Assembly: GCA_964607805.1 (NCBI GenBank)
Contig: CAZSLF010000002.1
Span: 36,269-100,268 of the forward strand
Direction: 5' to 3'
DNA: 64,000 nt
Source of the DNA: an uncultured Candidatus Saccharibacteria bacterium
Lineage (GTDB): Bacteria; Patescibacteriota; Minisyncoccia; Phycocordibacterales; CAIZLB01
Each line of letters opens with the position of its first letter. The first letter of the stretch is position 1. This document shows positions 20,180 to 30,376 of the stretch, piece after piece. The notes beneath the pieces are model-generated. The model did not search any database and had not been told where the DNA came from. It saw only the letters and a list, made by a program, of their open reading frames with translations. The position numbers and the translations under genes were made by a program.

Positions 20180-21088
20180 CTAAACCTTCCCCACATGCTT
20201 CTCATATGCCTTTCTCGCCTCTCTTCTATATTCACAATGCTCACATGTTGGCGACTCACGCGGAACTTTGTCGCTATCTAGACATTCTTTAGCTCTTTTT
20301 AAAACATCGTCAACCCAGTCACTTTTACCAGTATATGGAATGATCTTTACGCTAAACTCCAACTTACCGTCGAAGGCAGCGCGATCCTTTTGGCCATTTA
20401 CATAAACAAAATAACCGGTATCACTAACTGCAAAACCGTTATTGCGCACCAGCCACTGATAAATTTCCATCTGACGACGATACTGATTATGCCAACGCGT
20501 ATCCTCCAGCTCAATTTCCCCTTCCTTACTTGTCGCTTTGTAATCAACAACCGCAAGAGATCCAGGCTTCACCTTTTTATTCTTCGCACTACTATCTAGA
20601 CCCGGGTGTTCCGCGCCGTCATTGAATTGCCAGATATCATCGACAGCTCCAAAAATCAAAAAATTAGTTTCAGGATGCAAATATTGCACACCAACAAAGT
20701 TTTCTCGCCAATCAGTCATGTTTGCATGATCAAAAGGAATAGCATCGAGGTTATATTCTTTCATAAGTGGATGCGGATCACCTTTTTTTCTATGAATATC
20801 AAATTCTTTTTTTAGCAAATGGTCCACCGCAACGTTCAAAGTAAATCCAGGCATAGAAGGTTTTGCTATTCCTAGTTTCCTGTCTAAATAAAAACAAAGT
20901 GGACACTCTAAAAACATATCAATCTTAGTTCGACTTAGTTTAAAAGGGACACTTTTCACTCCGTTCGCAGGCGATCCATGATTTTCTGCACCATAAATAC
21001 CCCAAGTTTTTACAATATTACTTTTATTAGCATTCCAAGTGCCCTTTTTTGAACCCGATCCAGCCGAGCTTGATTTTGCATATGCCAT
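20180..21088 (-). CDS. PD-(D/E)XK nuclease (Cas4/AddB-like, standalone)
   Basis: LSRTKI..F.ECP.CFY, GAVDD, VDYKAT, QMEIY and C-terminal CEHC. Confidence 0.85.
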   Translation of the reverse strand: MAYAKSSSAGSGSKKGTWNANKSNIVKTWGIYGAENHGSPANGVKSVPFKLSRTKIDMFLECPLCFYLDRKLGIAKPSMPGFTLNVAVDHLLKKEFDIHRKKGDPHPLMKEYNLDAIPFDHANMTDWRENFVGVQYLHPETNFLIFGAVDDIWQFNDGAEHPGLDSSAKNKKVKPGSLAVVDYKATSKEGEIELEDTRWHNQYRRQMEIYQWLVRNNGFAVSDTGYFVYVNGQKDRAAFDGKLEFSVKIIPYTGKSDWVDDVLKRAKECLDSDKVPRESPTCEHCEYRREARKAYEKHVGKV

Positions 21089-21114
21089 ATGTAGCGATTA
21101 TATACTGAATATGT

Positions 21115-22011
21115 TTAGTTTGCAGGCACAGTCTTTAACACCTCTGAAGCTTCGTCGAAAAGTTCATTTATCTGATCTTCAGTAAAGCCGATTGACTTAA
21201 GCTCTGACTTTTTTTCAAAAAGAGTTTTAACAAGCACGATATTTCTATCCATAAGTGTTCGCTTATCACTAGGTGAAAGTGTTGTAAGACAAGTAATAGG
21301 ATGCAATTGAGTATATTCAATCAACTCTTGCATATTACCTGTTTTAGGATAGTCCCAACTAAGCATCTTTAAACCCTGACACTCAGCGTAGTGGACAGCT
21401 GTCTCTGTAAAACGAGTATTTGTAATTAACCAACCTTCAGAAATTTTCTGTTTTATACCTCCATAATCAAAAACAGTATCTTTAAGATCGTCATAACGCG
21501 CTTTTACGTAAAGAGAAACTTTCAAATCAGTTTTGGAGCCCGCGTCAGAGTGATATTTTACTTCTGCCATCATAAGTTTATCTGGATTCCAAGCCACAAC
21601 ATCTACTTCATGAGGAACACATCCTCCAAGTACAATTTGGCCGACCAGAACTTCATAATTCCATTTCGCCTTAAATAATTCTCCAACATATTGTTCAAAT
21701 GGAAATCCAGTAGGTCCAAATTCCAAAAGTGAACGTCGAAGTGAGTATCTTGCAGCCACAACTCTTGCGGCGTCCTTCAAAATTCCATATGCCCTATGAT
21801 AAATTTCAAGTGCAGTCGTAGTGTTTGCGGTCGGATCACTACCATGGCCTTCCCTACCTTCACCCTCACGAACCTGATCAATTACTTGCGTCACGATCTT
21901 TTCCGCCTGATGTGGCTCCGCACCTGATTTAATTAGTGATTCATAAAGCTTCTTCTCATTGAATTCTTCCTTGCTGCCATCTTCTTTTCTTACATATAGA
22001 GGATTATTCAT
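21115..22011 (-). CDS. ATP-cone domain fused to a restriction-endonuclease-like (Mrr-type) domain
   Basis: VRKEDGSKEEFNEKKL ATP-cone; GPTGFPFE, HEVDVVA, EVKYH and ITNTRFT. Confidence 0.8.
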   Translation of the reverse strand: MNNPLYVRKEDGSKEEFNEKKLYESLIKSGAEPHQAEKIVTQVIDQVREGEGREGHGSDPTANTTTALEIYHRAYGILKDAARVVAARYSLRRSLLEFGPTGFPFEQYVGELFKAKWNYEVLVGQIVLGGCVPHEVDVVAWNPDKLMMAEVKYHSDAGSKTDLKVSLYVKARYDDLKDTVFDYGGIKQKISEGWLITNTRFTETAVHYAECQGLKMLSWDYPKTGNMQELIEYTQLHPITCLTTLSPSDKRTLMDRNIVLVKTLFEKKSELKSIGFTEDQINELFDEASEVLKTVPAN

Positions 22012-22053
22012 GTAAATGGTATTCGGCAATAATTGCGATAATTACAGTATTAA

Positions 22054-23271
22054 TTATTCGATTATACCACCACCTAGACATATTTCGCCATCGTAAAGCA
22101 CACAGCTCTGGCCTGCTGCAATTCCCTGTTGTGCCTCCTTGAAAGTTATATCGATTTTGAATACGTCCATAGTGCCATCGTGTTGCTTTATCATAAAAGG
22201 TTCCACTTTTACAGATTGCAATTTCTGTCTATGTCTAATTCTCGCTTTTATATTCGATGAAGTGCCACGATCTTTTGATAAAAAGTTAACGCTATTCAAA
22301 ACTGCAGTCTTTGATCGATCTTTATCCATAAGCTGCTTTTCAAGACCGACAGTAATAGTGTTTTGCTCAATATCTTTTTCAATAACAAAACGCGGTGCAG
22401 TATCGGGCGATGAATTCCATATTCTAAATCCATGTCTTTCGCCAATTGTATATAAAAGCGCACCGTCATGATCACCTATAATATTTCCATCTAAATCTAA
22501 AACGTTTCCTTGTTCTGTATGTAAATACTTCTGTAAGAACTCTTTCATATCAAATTTGCCGATAAAACACACTCCCTGACTGTCTTTTTTGGCGAATACG
22601 GGTAGTTTGGCGTGTTCGGCTATCATTCGAACATCTTCCTTAATTAAACTGCCTACAGGGAAAAGCATATGTCTTAATCTAGTGCTCTCTGTTGCCCAAA
22701 GAAAATATGTTTGATCCTTAATTTCATCCTTAGAAATTAGCATTTCAACTTGAGGAAAAATATCTTGATCTTCTGACACGTTTGCACGTGTTCGAAGGCT
22801 TCGAGTCCGAGCATAGTGACCAGTTGCAACAAAATCTGCCCCAGCTTCCATAGCGGCTTCAAAATATGCTCCGAATTTTACATATTTATTGCACATAATA
22901 TCCGGATTTGGCGTTCGACCGGCTTTGTACTCGTCTAGCATATAGTCTGCTACATATTTTTTGTATTCGTCTTCAAGGTAGATTGTTTGAAATGGTATAC
23001 CAAGCACAGCCGCGACGCGCATAGCGTCGCGGCGATCCTCCTTCCAAGTACAATCAATATCGTCAGGTTGCCAAACTTTGATAAATACGCCGCGGACATC
23101 GAATCCGGCCATTTTCAAAATATATGCTGAAACAGAAGAATCTACTCCTCCTGACATCCCTACATAGACAATAACCGACTTCCCTTCGCGCTTTCTTTGC
23201 TCAAGCAAAGAAAGCGCATGCTCTGGAAGGCTGCGTATAGCTCTTTCTACAAATTGTTCGATTTTGGCCAT
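22054..23271 (-). CDS. mnmA: tRNA 2-thiouridylase MnmA
   Basis: MSGGVDSS, TPNPDIMCN, ATGHYA, KDQTYFL and KDSQGVCF. Confidence 0.97.
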   Translation of the reverse strand: MAKIEQFVERAIRSLPEHALSLLEQRKREGKSVIVYVGMSGGVDSSVSAYILKMAGFDVRGVFIKVWQPDDIDCTWKEDRRDAMRVAAVLGIPFQTIYLEDEYKKYVADYMLDEYKAGRTPNPDIMCNKYVKFGAYFEAAMEAGADFVATGHYARTRSLRTRANVSEDQDIFPQVEMLISKDEIKDQTYFLWATESTRLRHMLFPVGSLIKEDVRMIAEHAKLPVFAKKDSQGVCFIGKFDMKEFLQKYLHTEQGNVLDLDGNIIGDHDGALLYTIGERHGFRIWNSSPDTAPRFVIEKDIEQNTITVGLEKQLMDKDRSKTAVLNSVNFLSKDRGTSSNIKARIRHRQKLQSVKVEPFMIKQHDGTMDVFKIDITFKEAQQGIAAGQSCVLYDGEICLGGGIIE

Positions 23272-23382
23272 AAAATGACACCTCGAAGGTATCGGTCGTA
23301 AAGATTAGCACGATTTTTGGTTCCGATACAGTCTGATACTGTTTCAAAACTTCCAAATACTGGCAGTTAGCAGACAGCTATT

Positions 23383-24417
23383 TTACTGCAGGTATTTCTT
23401 CTTAAGACGTAGATGCTCAGCATATGTTTCGCTAAAATGCGTTGTACCATCATTATCAGATAAAAAGAATAGGTATTTGTTGGGTTTTGGTACTATTGCT
23501 GCGCGAATAGCGTTTATTCCTGGATTACTAATCGGTGTTGGCGGCAGACCCAGACTTTTATATGAATTATAAGGGTCTGTAGTAGTTAAATCTTTCATAG
23601 TAAGTTCGGCCGATGTCTTACCTGTTATATACGTAAGTGTGCTATCCGCTTGAAGTGGCATACCTATTTGCATTCTTCTTAAAAATAAATCAGAAACAAG
23701 GGCCATATCTTCCGGTGTCTGAACTTCCTTTTCTAGAATTGAGGCCAAGATTATAGTTTTTGCAAAATTTGGGTTTTGATCTATTTCAACACCAAGTTCC
23801 TTTTCAAGTGCAGTAATTCTACGATTAAAATTATTTTGCATAAGCTCGATAACTGCACTAGATGTGGCATATGGATAAAAGAAATATGTATCTGGGAATA
23901 AATATCCTTCAAGTCCTTGTGACGCCTTCATAAAATCCTCTTTTCTTATATCAACAAGTTTCTGGCTAATACCCTCGGCCATAGTATATGTAGTTTGACC
24001 TTCCGGAATTGTTATTCGCACTTGTTCATATCCATATTCACCTTTAGAAACTCGATCTGCAATACCTAGAACATTTTGAGGAGATTCAAAAACATAAATT
24101 CCTTGTTTAATTTTCTTACCCAGATTAAATTTTTCAATAATAGATAGAAAAGTGCCTTCAGATTTGATTAGTCCTTTCACTTTTAGTTCATTTGCAAGAA
24201 TAACAGGAGTCGTACTTGAAGTAACATAAACAACTGCGGCACCTCGCGCACCAAATCTTGTCTCATCGATCTTTATTTTATCTACACTTGGTGCAGTAAA
24301 GAAAGTAAACCAAACTATACCAAAAGCAATTAGCGCTAGAATTAGAAAGACAAGAATAAAAGTTAAACCGATACGAATCTTCTTGAAAATGGAAATAGTG
24401 GGTGTATATGGCGGCAT
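23383..24417 (-). CDS. mltG: Endolytic transglycosylase MltG
   Basis: TM anchor; TIPEG, LEGYLFPDTY, ASILEKE and GLPPTPISNPG. Confidence 0.93.
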   Translation of the reverse strand: MPPYTPTISIFKKIRIGLTFILVFLILALIAFGIVWFTFFTAPSVDKIKIDETRFGARGAAVVYVTSSTTPVILANELKVKGLIKSEGTFLSIIEKFNLGKKIKQGIYVFESPQNVLGIADRVSKGEYGYEQVRITIPEGQTTYTMAEGISQKLVDIRKEDFMKASQGLEGYLFPDTYFFYPYATSSAVIELMQNNFNRRITALEKELGVEIDQNPNFAKTIILASILEKEVQTPEDMALVSDLFLRRMQIGMPLQADSTLTYITGKTSAELTMKDLTTTDPYNSYKSLGLPPTPISNPGINAIRAAIVPKPNKYLFFLSDNDGTTHFSETYAEHLRLKKKYLQ

Positions 24418-24462
24418 AGTAGATTACAGATGAATATGAATTTTATAAACTAAATTTACAGA

Positions 24463-25716
24463 CTAAATAGGTAAATTAGTTGGTGGCTCAACCTTCTTAG
24501 CTGAAATTCTAGCAAGATTCGGAGTTCGCGCAACTTGACCTGGATAGTGATATATAGTGGCCAACTCTTCTGTAGTCATAACAAAAGGATCCTTCTTATA
24601 TCCTTTTGGAATATATTCAGGCATGAAGAAAGATCTGTATTGATATAACTCAAATATTTTCTTCTTTTGCTTCATAGTTTTCTTCCCTGAAAAATCTTGC
24701 CAAGGATAATCGAAGCCAGGTACGCCGTCAGGTTTAAAGCTATTTAGGTTTGGAGTACCAAAGTGTCGTAGAACTCCTGCAAGTCCGGCTTGAGTTGTAC
24801 CTCTAAAAGCATCTTTTTCTGCAACATATATTGCTCGTATACCACAATCGAAAGGAAGTTTACCTAGGTTATTTTCAATTGCATCCACGGCGTCCTTCTC
24901 ACCTTTTGTCATCGTCACAACACTTAGATTCGGATTATCCTTATCAACTTTGATATCTCGCTTTGTTCGCTTAATCAAATCTTTTTCAGCATCGTACTTC
25001 CAATCAATTTTTTCAAACCAAGTTCCAGGTTTTGGTTTACTTTTAGTATGTGCACGAATACAAATCTGAATCCAAACCTGCTCACCTTTTTTAAGTGAAC
25101 CAAGATATTCAATAACTGGAGTAATAGGATCAATTTTTCCCTCCTCTTTATCACTAGAAGTACTCATGCCTTGATACGCGACATATGTTTTAATTGGCAA
25201 ATGAGAAGGGCCAGTCTTTTTAAACTCACAGCCCCAATACTGGTTTTTTTCAGGATCAAAATTCATACGTGTTGCATAATCTTCCTTAGTCACTTCATCA
25301 ATTTCAATATCAGGAAATTGCGAATATAGTTGTGTTTCGATCATTTCCTTAAATTTCTCTCTAGCCCAAATATAAAAGTGCACCTGACCGTCTATAGAAG
25401 CCATTTCCAAAGAAAACCAAGGTCTACTTGATCCTTCCCAAAATTTCTGTAGCCAATTACTTTCTCCTCCCGTTTGAAACATAGAAGTAATAACAATTTC
25501 CATAGCAAGCGGAGGCTTTACTACTCCTTTTGGCAAATGACATTCAATAACCACATACTTTTGTTTTGCGAAAAATTCTGCGCGCACATATTCAATCCAA
25601 ACAGACCAAAACCATTTTGCCAAAATAAATGGCAAAGAAATAATAGCAACCGCAAAAACAATTTTTATTGAGACCGAAAGCGTCGCCGCGAATGCTTCTT
25701 GTGCGAGTGTTTCCAT
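24463..25716 (-). CDS. Conserved hypothetical membrane protein resembling the N-terminal region of CPR VirD4/DUF87-type proteins, with no ATPase domain
   Basis: One TM; FSLEMASIDGQVHFY, YSQFPD, LPIKTY and EELATIYHYP motifs; no Walker A. Confidence 0.6.
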   Translation of the reverse strand: METLAQEAFAATLSVSIKIVFAVAIISLPFILAKWFWSVWIEYVRAEFFAKQKYVVIECHLPKGVVKPPLAMEIVITSMFQTGGESNWLQKFWEGSSRPWFSLEMASIDGQVHFYIWAREKFKEMIETQLYSQFPDIEIDEVTKEDYATRMNFDPEKNQYWGCEFKKTGPSHLPIKTYVAYQGMSTSSDKEEGKIDPITPVIEYLGSLKKGEQVWIQICIRAHTKSKPKPGTWFEKIDWKYDAEKDLIKRTKRDIKVDKDNPNLSVVTMTKGEKDAVDAIENNLGKLPFDCGIRAIYVAEKDAFRGTTQAGLAGVLRHFGTPNLNSFKPDGVPGFDYPWQDFSGKKTMKQKKKIFELYQYRSFFMPEYIPKGYKKDPFVMTTEELATIYHYPGQVARTPNLARISAKKVEPPTNLPI

Positions 25717-25780
25717 ATGCTCACTCTATTTTATATTATACGAAGGTATTTGTGAAATAGATTATGAAAATGTATGCAAG

Positions 25781-25811
25781 AAAAAATCGCGCACCTTTGG
25801 AGTGCGCGATT
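25781..25811 (-). terminator. Terminator of the NUDIX cassette
   Basis: AATCGCGCAC/GTGCGCGATT stem plus U-tract. Confidence 0.8.
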
Positions 25812-25836
25812 CGGTTGAACACGAACGAGTGTTGTG

Positions 25837-26385
25837 CTATTCCGGTTTACCAGAAGTAAAACCCATGAGGCTTAAGGCCTCTTTCACAGGTTCGGGAAAA
25901 GATGGATCAATATTTCGGAACCACTGAATTTTTTTGTTCTCCGCTTTGACCTCGATTTGTGGATCGAGGATCTGGATTTCATGGAGCAGCCACTTGGAGT
26001 GCGACATACGGCAGACGCCCGCACCTTCACCTGTCGAGTCAGGGTTTAAAACATCCTGAACACCGGCAAATCGCGCGAGGACACCTTTTTGATTGATGTC
26101 CAAGTCCAGTTTACGCTTTGCTTGGCGCGCAAGGGCGTTCCAGGTACTTTCGCCTACATTGTTACGTCCTCCTGTCGCGAACCATGTATCATTAAATGGC
26201 GCCTTTGTCCGGAATACGAGCATGAACTCGCGAGTACCGTTGACAACCCTGGTAACAACAAAGTAAACCATAGGGATTGGCACCCAGTCGGGGATTTCCT
26301 TAAAGATTTCGTCCGGGATGTACTTTCGGGCATCGACAATACTGTCTGGAAAGACGTTTGGTCTTTGAAGTGGATTCGTAATCAT
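25837..26385 (-). CDS. NUDIX-fold protein with a degenerate Nudix box
   Basis: LVFRTKAPFNDTWFATGGRNNVGE...ALARQAKRKLDL; promoter TTGACC-N18-TATGGT at 26457-26486. Confidence 0.75.
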   Translation of the reverse strand: MITNPLQRPNVFPDSIVDARKYIPDEIFKEIPDWVPIPMVYFVVTRVVNGTREFMLVFRTKAPFNDTWFATGGRNNVGESTWNALARQAKRKLDLDINQKGVLARFAGVQDVLNPDSTGEGAGVCRMSHSKWLLHEIQILDPQIEVKAENKKIQWFRNIDPSFPEPVKEALSLMGFTSGKPE

Positions 26386-26526
26386 GGGAAACGGTGAATT
26401 GTGTTGGAACTGGTGCCGTCGAAGATGATGCAGTATGCATAACTTCTAGCGCCAATACCATAATATAAAAACATGCTATCGGTCAATAGCATGTTTTCAC
26501 TCCAAAAAATAGTTTTATTTTTTTGA

Positions 26527-27579
26527 TTAAGCCTTCTTCCCTGCCTCAACCAAATGATACTTTCCTTCCTTGTCCTTCTTAAAATATTTACCACTCTGAA
26601 GGTTTACTAAAATAGTATTTTCCTTAACATATCGTTCCTTCAAAACTTTCTTGATGATATCCTCCTTTGTAAGTGGGCCGTTCTTTTCTAGAACTGACTT
26701 AATTACATCTTTGACTACACCTGATAGATAACCCCATTCAGTAAGAGCATAAAGACCTCGTCCAACCAAAACAAATCGCTTATCTTTAATCAATTCGTTG
26801 TGAGTTGTAGCAACATGTGCCTTCTTCTTAAACAAAACTTCAATTTGCTTTGCAATATCTCGGAAGTGGATTGGAGATCCATGTTTTCGCATAGCTAGGA
26901 AAGCATAATCTCGAATTCCCTTTGTAGAAACGTTTGGAGAAGTAGACTTACCCCATTCTCCTAAAGGATTCTTAGAAATATGCTTAGAAATATTTAACCA
27001 TCGGCGAGCAACTTCTTCGTTTCGATATTTTTCGTTTACATCCTTAAGATTTTCTAAAAATGTCTCAATCATCTCAGACTCAGGAACCAAATCATGATCA
27101 CCTAAAGATTTATATAGTTTTCGAAGAGCCTCGTGAATCTTTTTTGAAAGCGCAGCATCTACATGCCATCGGTGCTTAAATTCATCGTCTTCTTTTTCTT
27201 TCTTAAAATCGTCACTAATTACAAGTAAAAAGTGTAAATGGTTTCTCGTAAGAGCATCCTTTGAAAGAATTGCCAAAAGCTCGTCCTCAGCCAATAGTCC
27301 TCCTAGTGTATGAAGAGCGGCTGAAAGCTCTGTAAAAATAAGCTTTTCCTGCTTAAAAGCAGCAGATTTACGGATATTTTGAATAGCAGCGTGCTCGATC
27401 TGTCGAACTCGCTCACGAGTAATAGAATACTTCTCTCCGATAGCTTCTAGGGTCATTTTCTCCCCGTCTTTGTCAAGACCGTATCGTTTTGAGAGAACAT
27501 TTTGAGCCCGAGCCGGTAACGCGCTCAGGAGCTTTTTTGTAATAATTTTCGGCTTGAATGAAAGGTTGTGGGCTGTCAT
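26527..27579 (-). CDS. Sigma70 region-4 HTH fused to a HARE-HTH/RNAP-delta-like domain
   Basis: RYGL...TLEAIG..YSITRERVRQIE; C-terminal PIHFRDIA...HNELIKDKRFVLVGRGLYALTEW. Confidence 0.85.
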   Translation of the reverse strand: MTAHNLSFKPKIITKKLLSALPARAQNVLSKRYGLDKDGEKMTLEAIGEKYSITRERVRQIEHAAIQNIRKSAAFKQEKLIFTELSAALHTLGGLLAEDELLAILSKDALTRNHLHFLLVISDDFKKEKEDDEFKHRWHVDAALSKKIHEALRKLYKSLGDHDLVPESEMIETFLENLKDVNEKYRNEEVARRWLNISKHISKNPLGEWGKSTSPNVSTKGIRDYAFLAMRKHGSPIHFRDIAKQIEVLFKKKAHVATTHNELIKDKRFVLVGRGLYALTEWGYLSGVVKDVIKSVLEKNGPLTKEDIIKKVLKERYVKENTILVNLQSGKYFKKDKEGKYHLVEAGKKA

Positions 27580-27677
27580 ATAAGTTATGTTGTTATATTT
27601 TTAGCATACTATTGACAAAAGGTCAATATATTTGGATTCTGTGGTGTAAATTGGGTCAAAACTTGTATTCATATTGA

Positions 27678-30275
27678 TTATAGGCTCTTAAATACTAGGT
27701 TAATAACTTTTCCTGGAATAAAAATGATTCTATCAGGAGAGTTATCCCCAGTCCTCTTTCTAATTTCCTCAATTTGTAGTGCAATATTTTTCATTTTTTC
27801 TTCATCTTTAGCATCTTCAATATTTGTAGTTATTGTTGATCGCACTTTTCCGTTAATTTGAACCAAAACGATAACCTCATCTGACACTAGATAGTCAGGA
27901 TTATATTTTGGCCACTCTGTAAGGTGAATACTTTTAATATTCTTAATTTCTACAAGTATATTTTTTGCACTCGAACCTTGCTTGGCTTTTTTTGCAGATA
28001 TCTTTATCAAATCAAACAACTCTTCGCTTGCATGCGGAGCGAAAGGTGAAAGAATTCTCAAAAATGCAAAATATGTCGAAAGCGCAACCCTTTCTTCTTT
28101 TTCAAGTGCATTCAAAAGAATCATCATAGTCGAAATTGCAGTATTGAAACTAAAATCTTCAATATCTTCCCCAACTTTTTTAATTGTTTTGTGAAGTAGA
28201 GTCAAAGTTGCCTTACTTGTTGCCTTTTCATCGTCAAGAGCAGTCGCAGTAAAGTCTATTTTGCCAAAAAGTCTCCAGAACTTCTCAATAAATCGGCGAG
28301 AACCTATCATATTGTCCGTACTCCAGGCAATTGTCTGGTCAAAGGGTCCCATAAACATCTCATAGACACGAAGTGTGTCCGCTCCATAAGTTTTAACCAT
28401 ATCGTCTGGGTTTACGACATTGCCAAATCGCTTACTCATCTTTCTGCCGTCAGGCCCCATTATTAGTCCTTGGTTTTTTAGTTTTGAAAATGGCTCAGAG
28501 GTCGTTACTACCCCAATATCAAACAAAAATTTATGCCAAAACCGTGCATATATAAGGTGCCGAGTTGCATGTTCAGCACCACCAACATACATATCAACTG
28601 GCTGCCAGTACTTTTCTTTTGCAGGATCAACAAGCTGCTTTTTGTTTTTAGGGTCTATATATCTAAGGTAATACCAACATGACCCTGCCCACTGAGGCAT
28701 AGTATTTGTTTCGCGTTTTGCCTTCCCTTTACACTGAGGGCACTTTACGTTTACCCATGAGGAGATGGCGGCGAGCGGAGACTCGCCCGTACCAGTAGGC
28801 TCGTATGACTTAACATTTGGAAGTTTAAGCGGCAGTTCTTTTTCAGGAACTGGCACTACTCCACAATCTGGACAGTGAATCAAAGGAATCGGCTCACCCC
28901 AATATCGCTGACGTGAGAATACCCAGTCACGCAGTTTATAATTAATTGTTTTTCTAGCCCAACCATTTGAAACTAGATGCGTAATTACATCTTTGCGCAC
29001 TTCATACCACTTTCTACCTCTAAATTTCATAGGCATATCAAGCACACCGTTTGGTTCACGGTAGAAAACTTCATTGTTTTCAATTTTTTCTCTTAGCTCA
29101 GGGTCATTTTCAGGAAATAGAACAGTTTTAAGAGGAATATTATATTTTTTAGCAAATTTAAAATCTCGCTCATCGTGCGCGCTACAACTTACAATACCTG
29201 TTCCATAGTCAGAAACAGCATATGAAGCAATCCAAAGCGGAATTTCTCTATCGCCTGCAGGATAATCAATCATGCGACCTGTAAATATTCCTTCAATCGT
29301 ATCTTTATATGCAGGACCTTCACTGCTTTTCTTCTTTGAAATTTGCTTTGCAAAATCAAGAATCTCTTTTTCATTTGGAACACCTGCAACAATTTTAGGA
29401 AGCAAAGGGTGATCCGCACCAATAACCGCAAAAGTTTGCGCGAAAAAAGTCTGAGGAATTGAGTCATACATCTCAATTGGCATATCAGTGCCTCCATCTA
29501 TACCTTTTATTGTGCAAAGCAGATTTACACCTTCACTTTTACCTATCCAATTCTTCTGCTGCTCTTTTATTGATTCCGGCCAATGAAGCGCATCAATATC
29601 CTCAAGCAATCGCTCTGCGTAGTCTGTGATTCTAATTACCCATTGTCTAAGTGGTCTTTTTTCTACGACTGATCCGCAGCGTTCGCAAAGGCCATTTTCC
29701 AAATCTTCGTTAGCTAGACCTGTTTTACAAGAGGGACACCAATTAATTGGTTCATGAGATTCAAAAGTTAGACCTTTTTTATGCATCTGAAGGAAAGCCC
29801 ACTGAGTCCACTTATAATATTCAGGGTCTGTAGTGTTCACCTCACGAGACCAATCATAATTAAAACCGAGAATAGAAAGCTGCTGCTTATATGTCGCAAT
29901 ATTCTTCTTAACAGCAATACTTGGGTGAATCTTGTTCTTTATGGCGAATTCTTCTGCAGGAAGGCCGAAAGCGTCCCAACCCATAGGATGAAGCACATTG
30001 AAGCCATTCATCGTTTTAAAGCGAGAATATACGTCTGTAGCTATATATCCTTTCGGGTGTCCAACATGAAGACCTGTCCCAGAAGGATATGGGAACATGT
30101 CGAGAATATATGCTTTTGGTTTTTCTGCAGAATCAGAGGTTTTATATATTTTGCTTGATTGCCACTTTTTCTGCCATTTCTTTTCTATTTTCTCGTGGGT
30201 GTATGTAGGTATTATTTTTTCACCGGATATTTTGTCGGATTTATGATCGCTTTTATGGGCAGGAGAATGTTTCAT
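27678..30275 (-). CDS. leuS: Leucine--tRNA ligase
   Basis: MFPYPSG.GLHVGH, RDWVFSRQRYWGEPIP and KMSKR. Confidence 0.98.
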   Translation of the reverse strand: MKHSPAHKSDHKSDKISGEKIIPTYTHEKIEKKWQKKWQSSKIYKTSDSAEKPKAYILDMFPYPSGTGLHVGHPKGYIATDVYSRFKTMNGFNVLHPMGWDAFGLPAEEFAIKNKIHPSIAVKKNIATYKQQLSILGFNYDWSREVNTTDPEYYKWTQWAFLQMHKKGLTFESHEPINWCPSCKTGLANEDLENGLCERCGSVVEKRPLRQWVIRITDYAERLLEDIDALHWPESIKEQQKNWIGKSEGVNLLCTIKGIDGGTDMPIEMYDSIPQTFFAQTFAVIGADHPLLPKIVAGVPNEKEILDFAKQISKKKSSEGPAYKDTIEGIFTGRMIDYPAGDREIPLWIASYAVSDYGTGIVSCSAHDERDFKFAKKYNIPLKTVLFPENDPELREKIENNEVFYREPNGVLDMPMKFRGRKWYEVRKDVITHLVSNGWARKTINYKLRDWVFSRQRYWGEPIPLIHCPDCGVVPVPEKELPLKLPNVKSYEPTGTGESPLAAISSWVNVKCPQCKGKAKRETNTMPQWAGSCWYYLRYIDPKNKKQLVDPAKEKYWQPVDMYVGGAEHATRHLIYARFWHKFLFDIGVVTTSEPFSKLKNQGLIMGPDGRKMSKRFGNVVNPDDMVKTYGADTLRVYEMFMGPFDQTIAWSTDNMIGSRRFIEKFWRLFGKIDFTATALDDEKATSKATLTLLHKTIKKVGEDIEDFSFNTAISTMMILLNALEKEERVALSTYFAFLRILSPFAPHASEELFDLIKISAKKAKQGSSAKNILVEIKNIKSIHLTEWPKYNPDYLVSDEVIVLVQINGKVRSTITTNIEDAKDEEKMKNIALQIEEIRKRTGDNSPDRIIFIPGKVINLVFKSL

Positions 30276-30294
30276 CGTCTTCATATAATACAAC

Positions 30295-30326
30295 AAAAAG
30301 CCAAGGTAACAAGACCTTGGCTTTTT
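30295..30326. terminator. Bidirectional terminator
   Basis: AAAAAGCCAAGGT...ACCTTGGCTTTTT. Confidence 0.8.
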
Positions 30327-30376
30327 GCGAAATTTATTTTCTGGTTTTCGGGAAAACTTTCTGAAAACTTTGAAAA

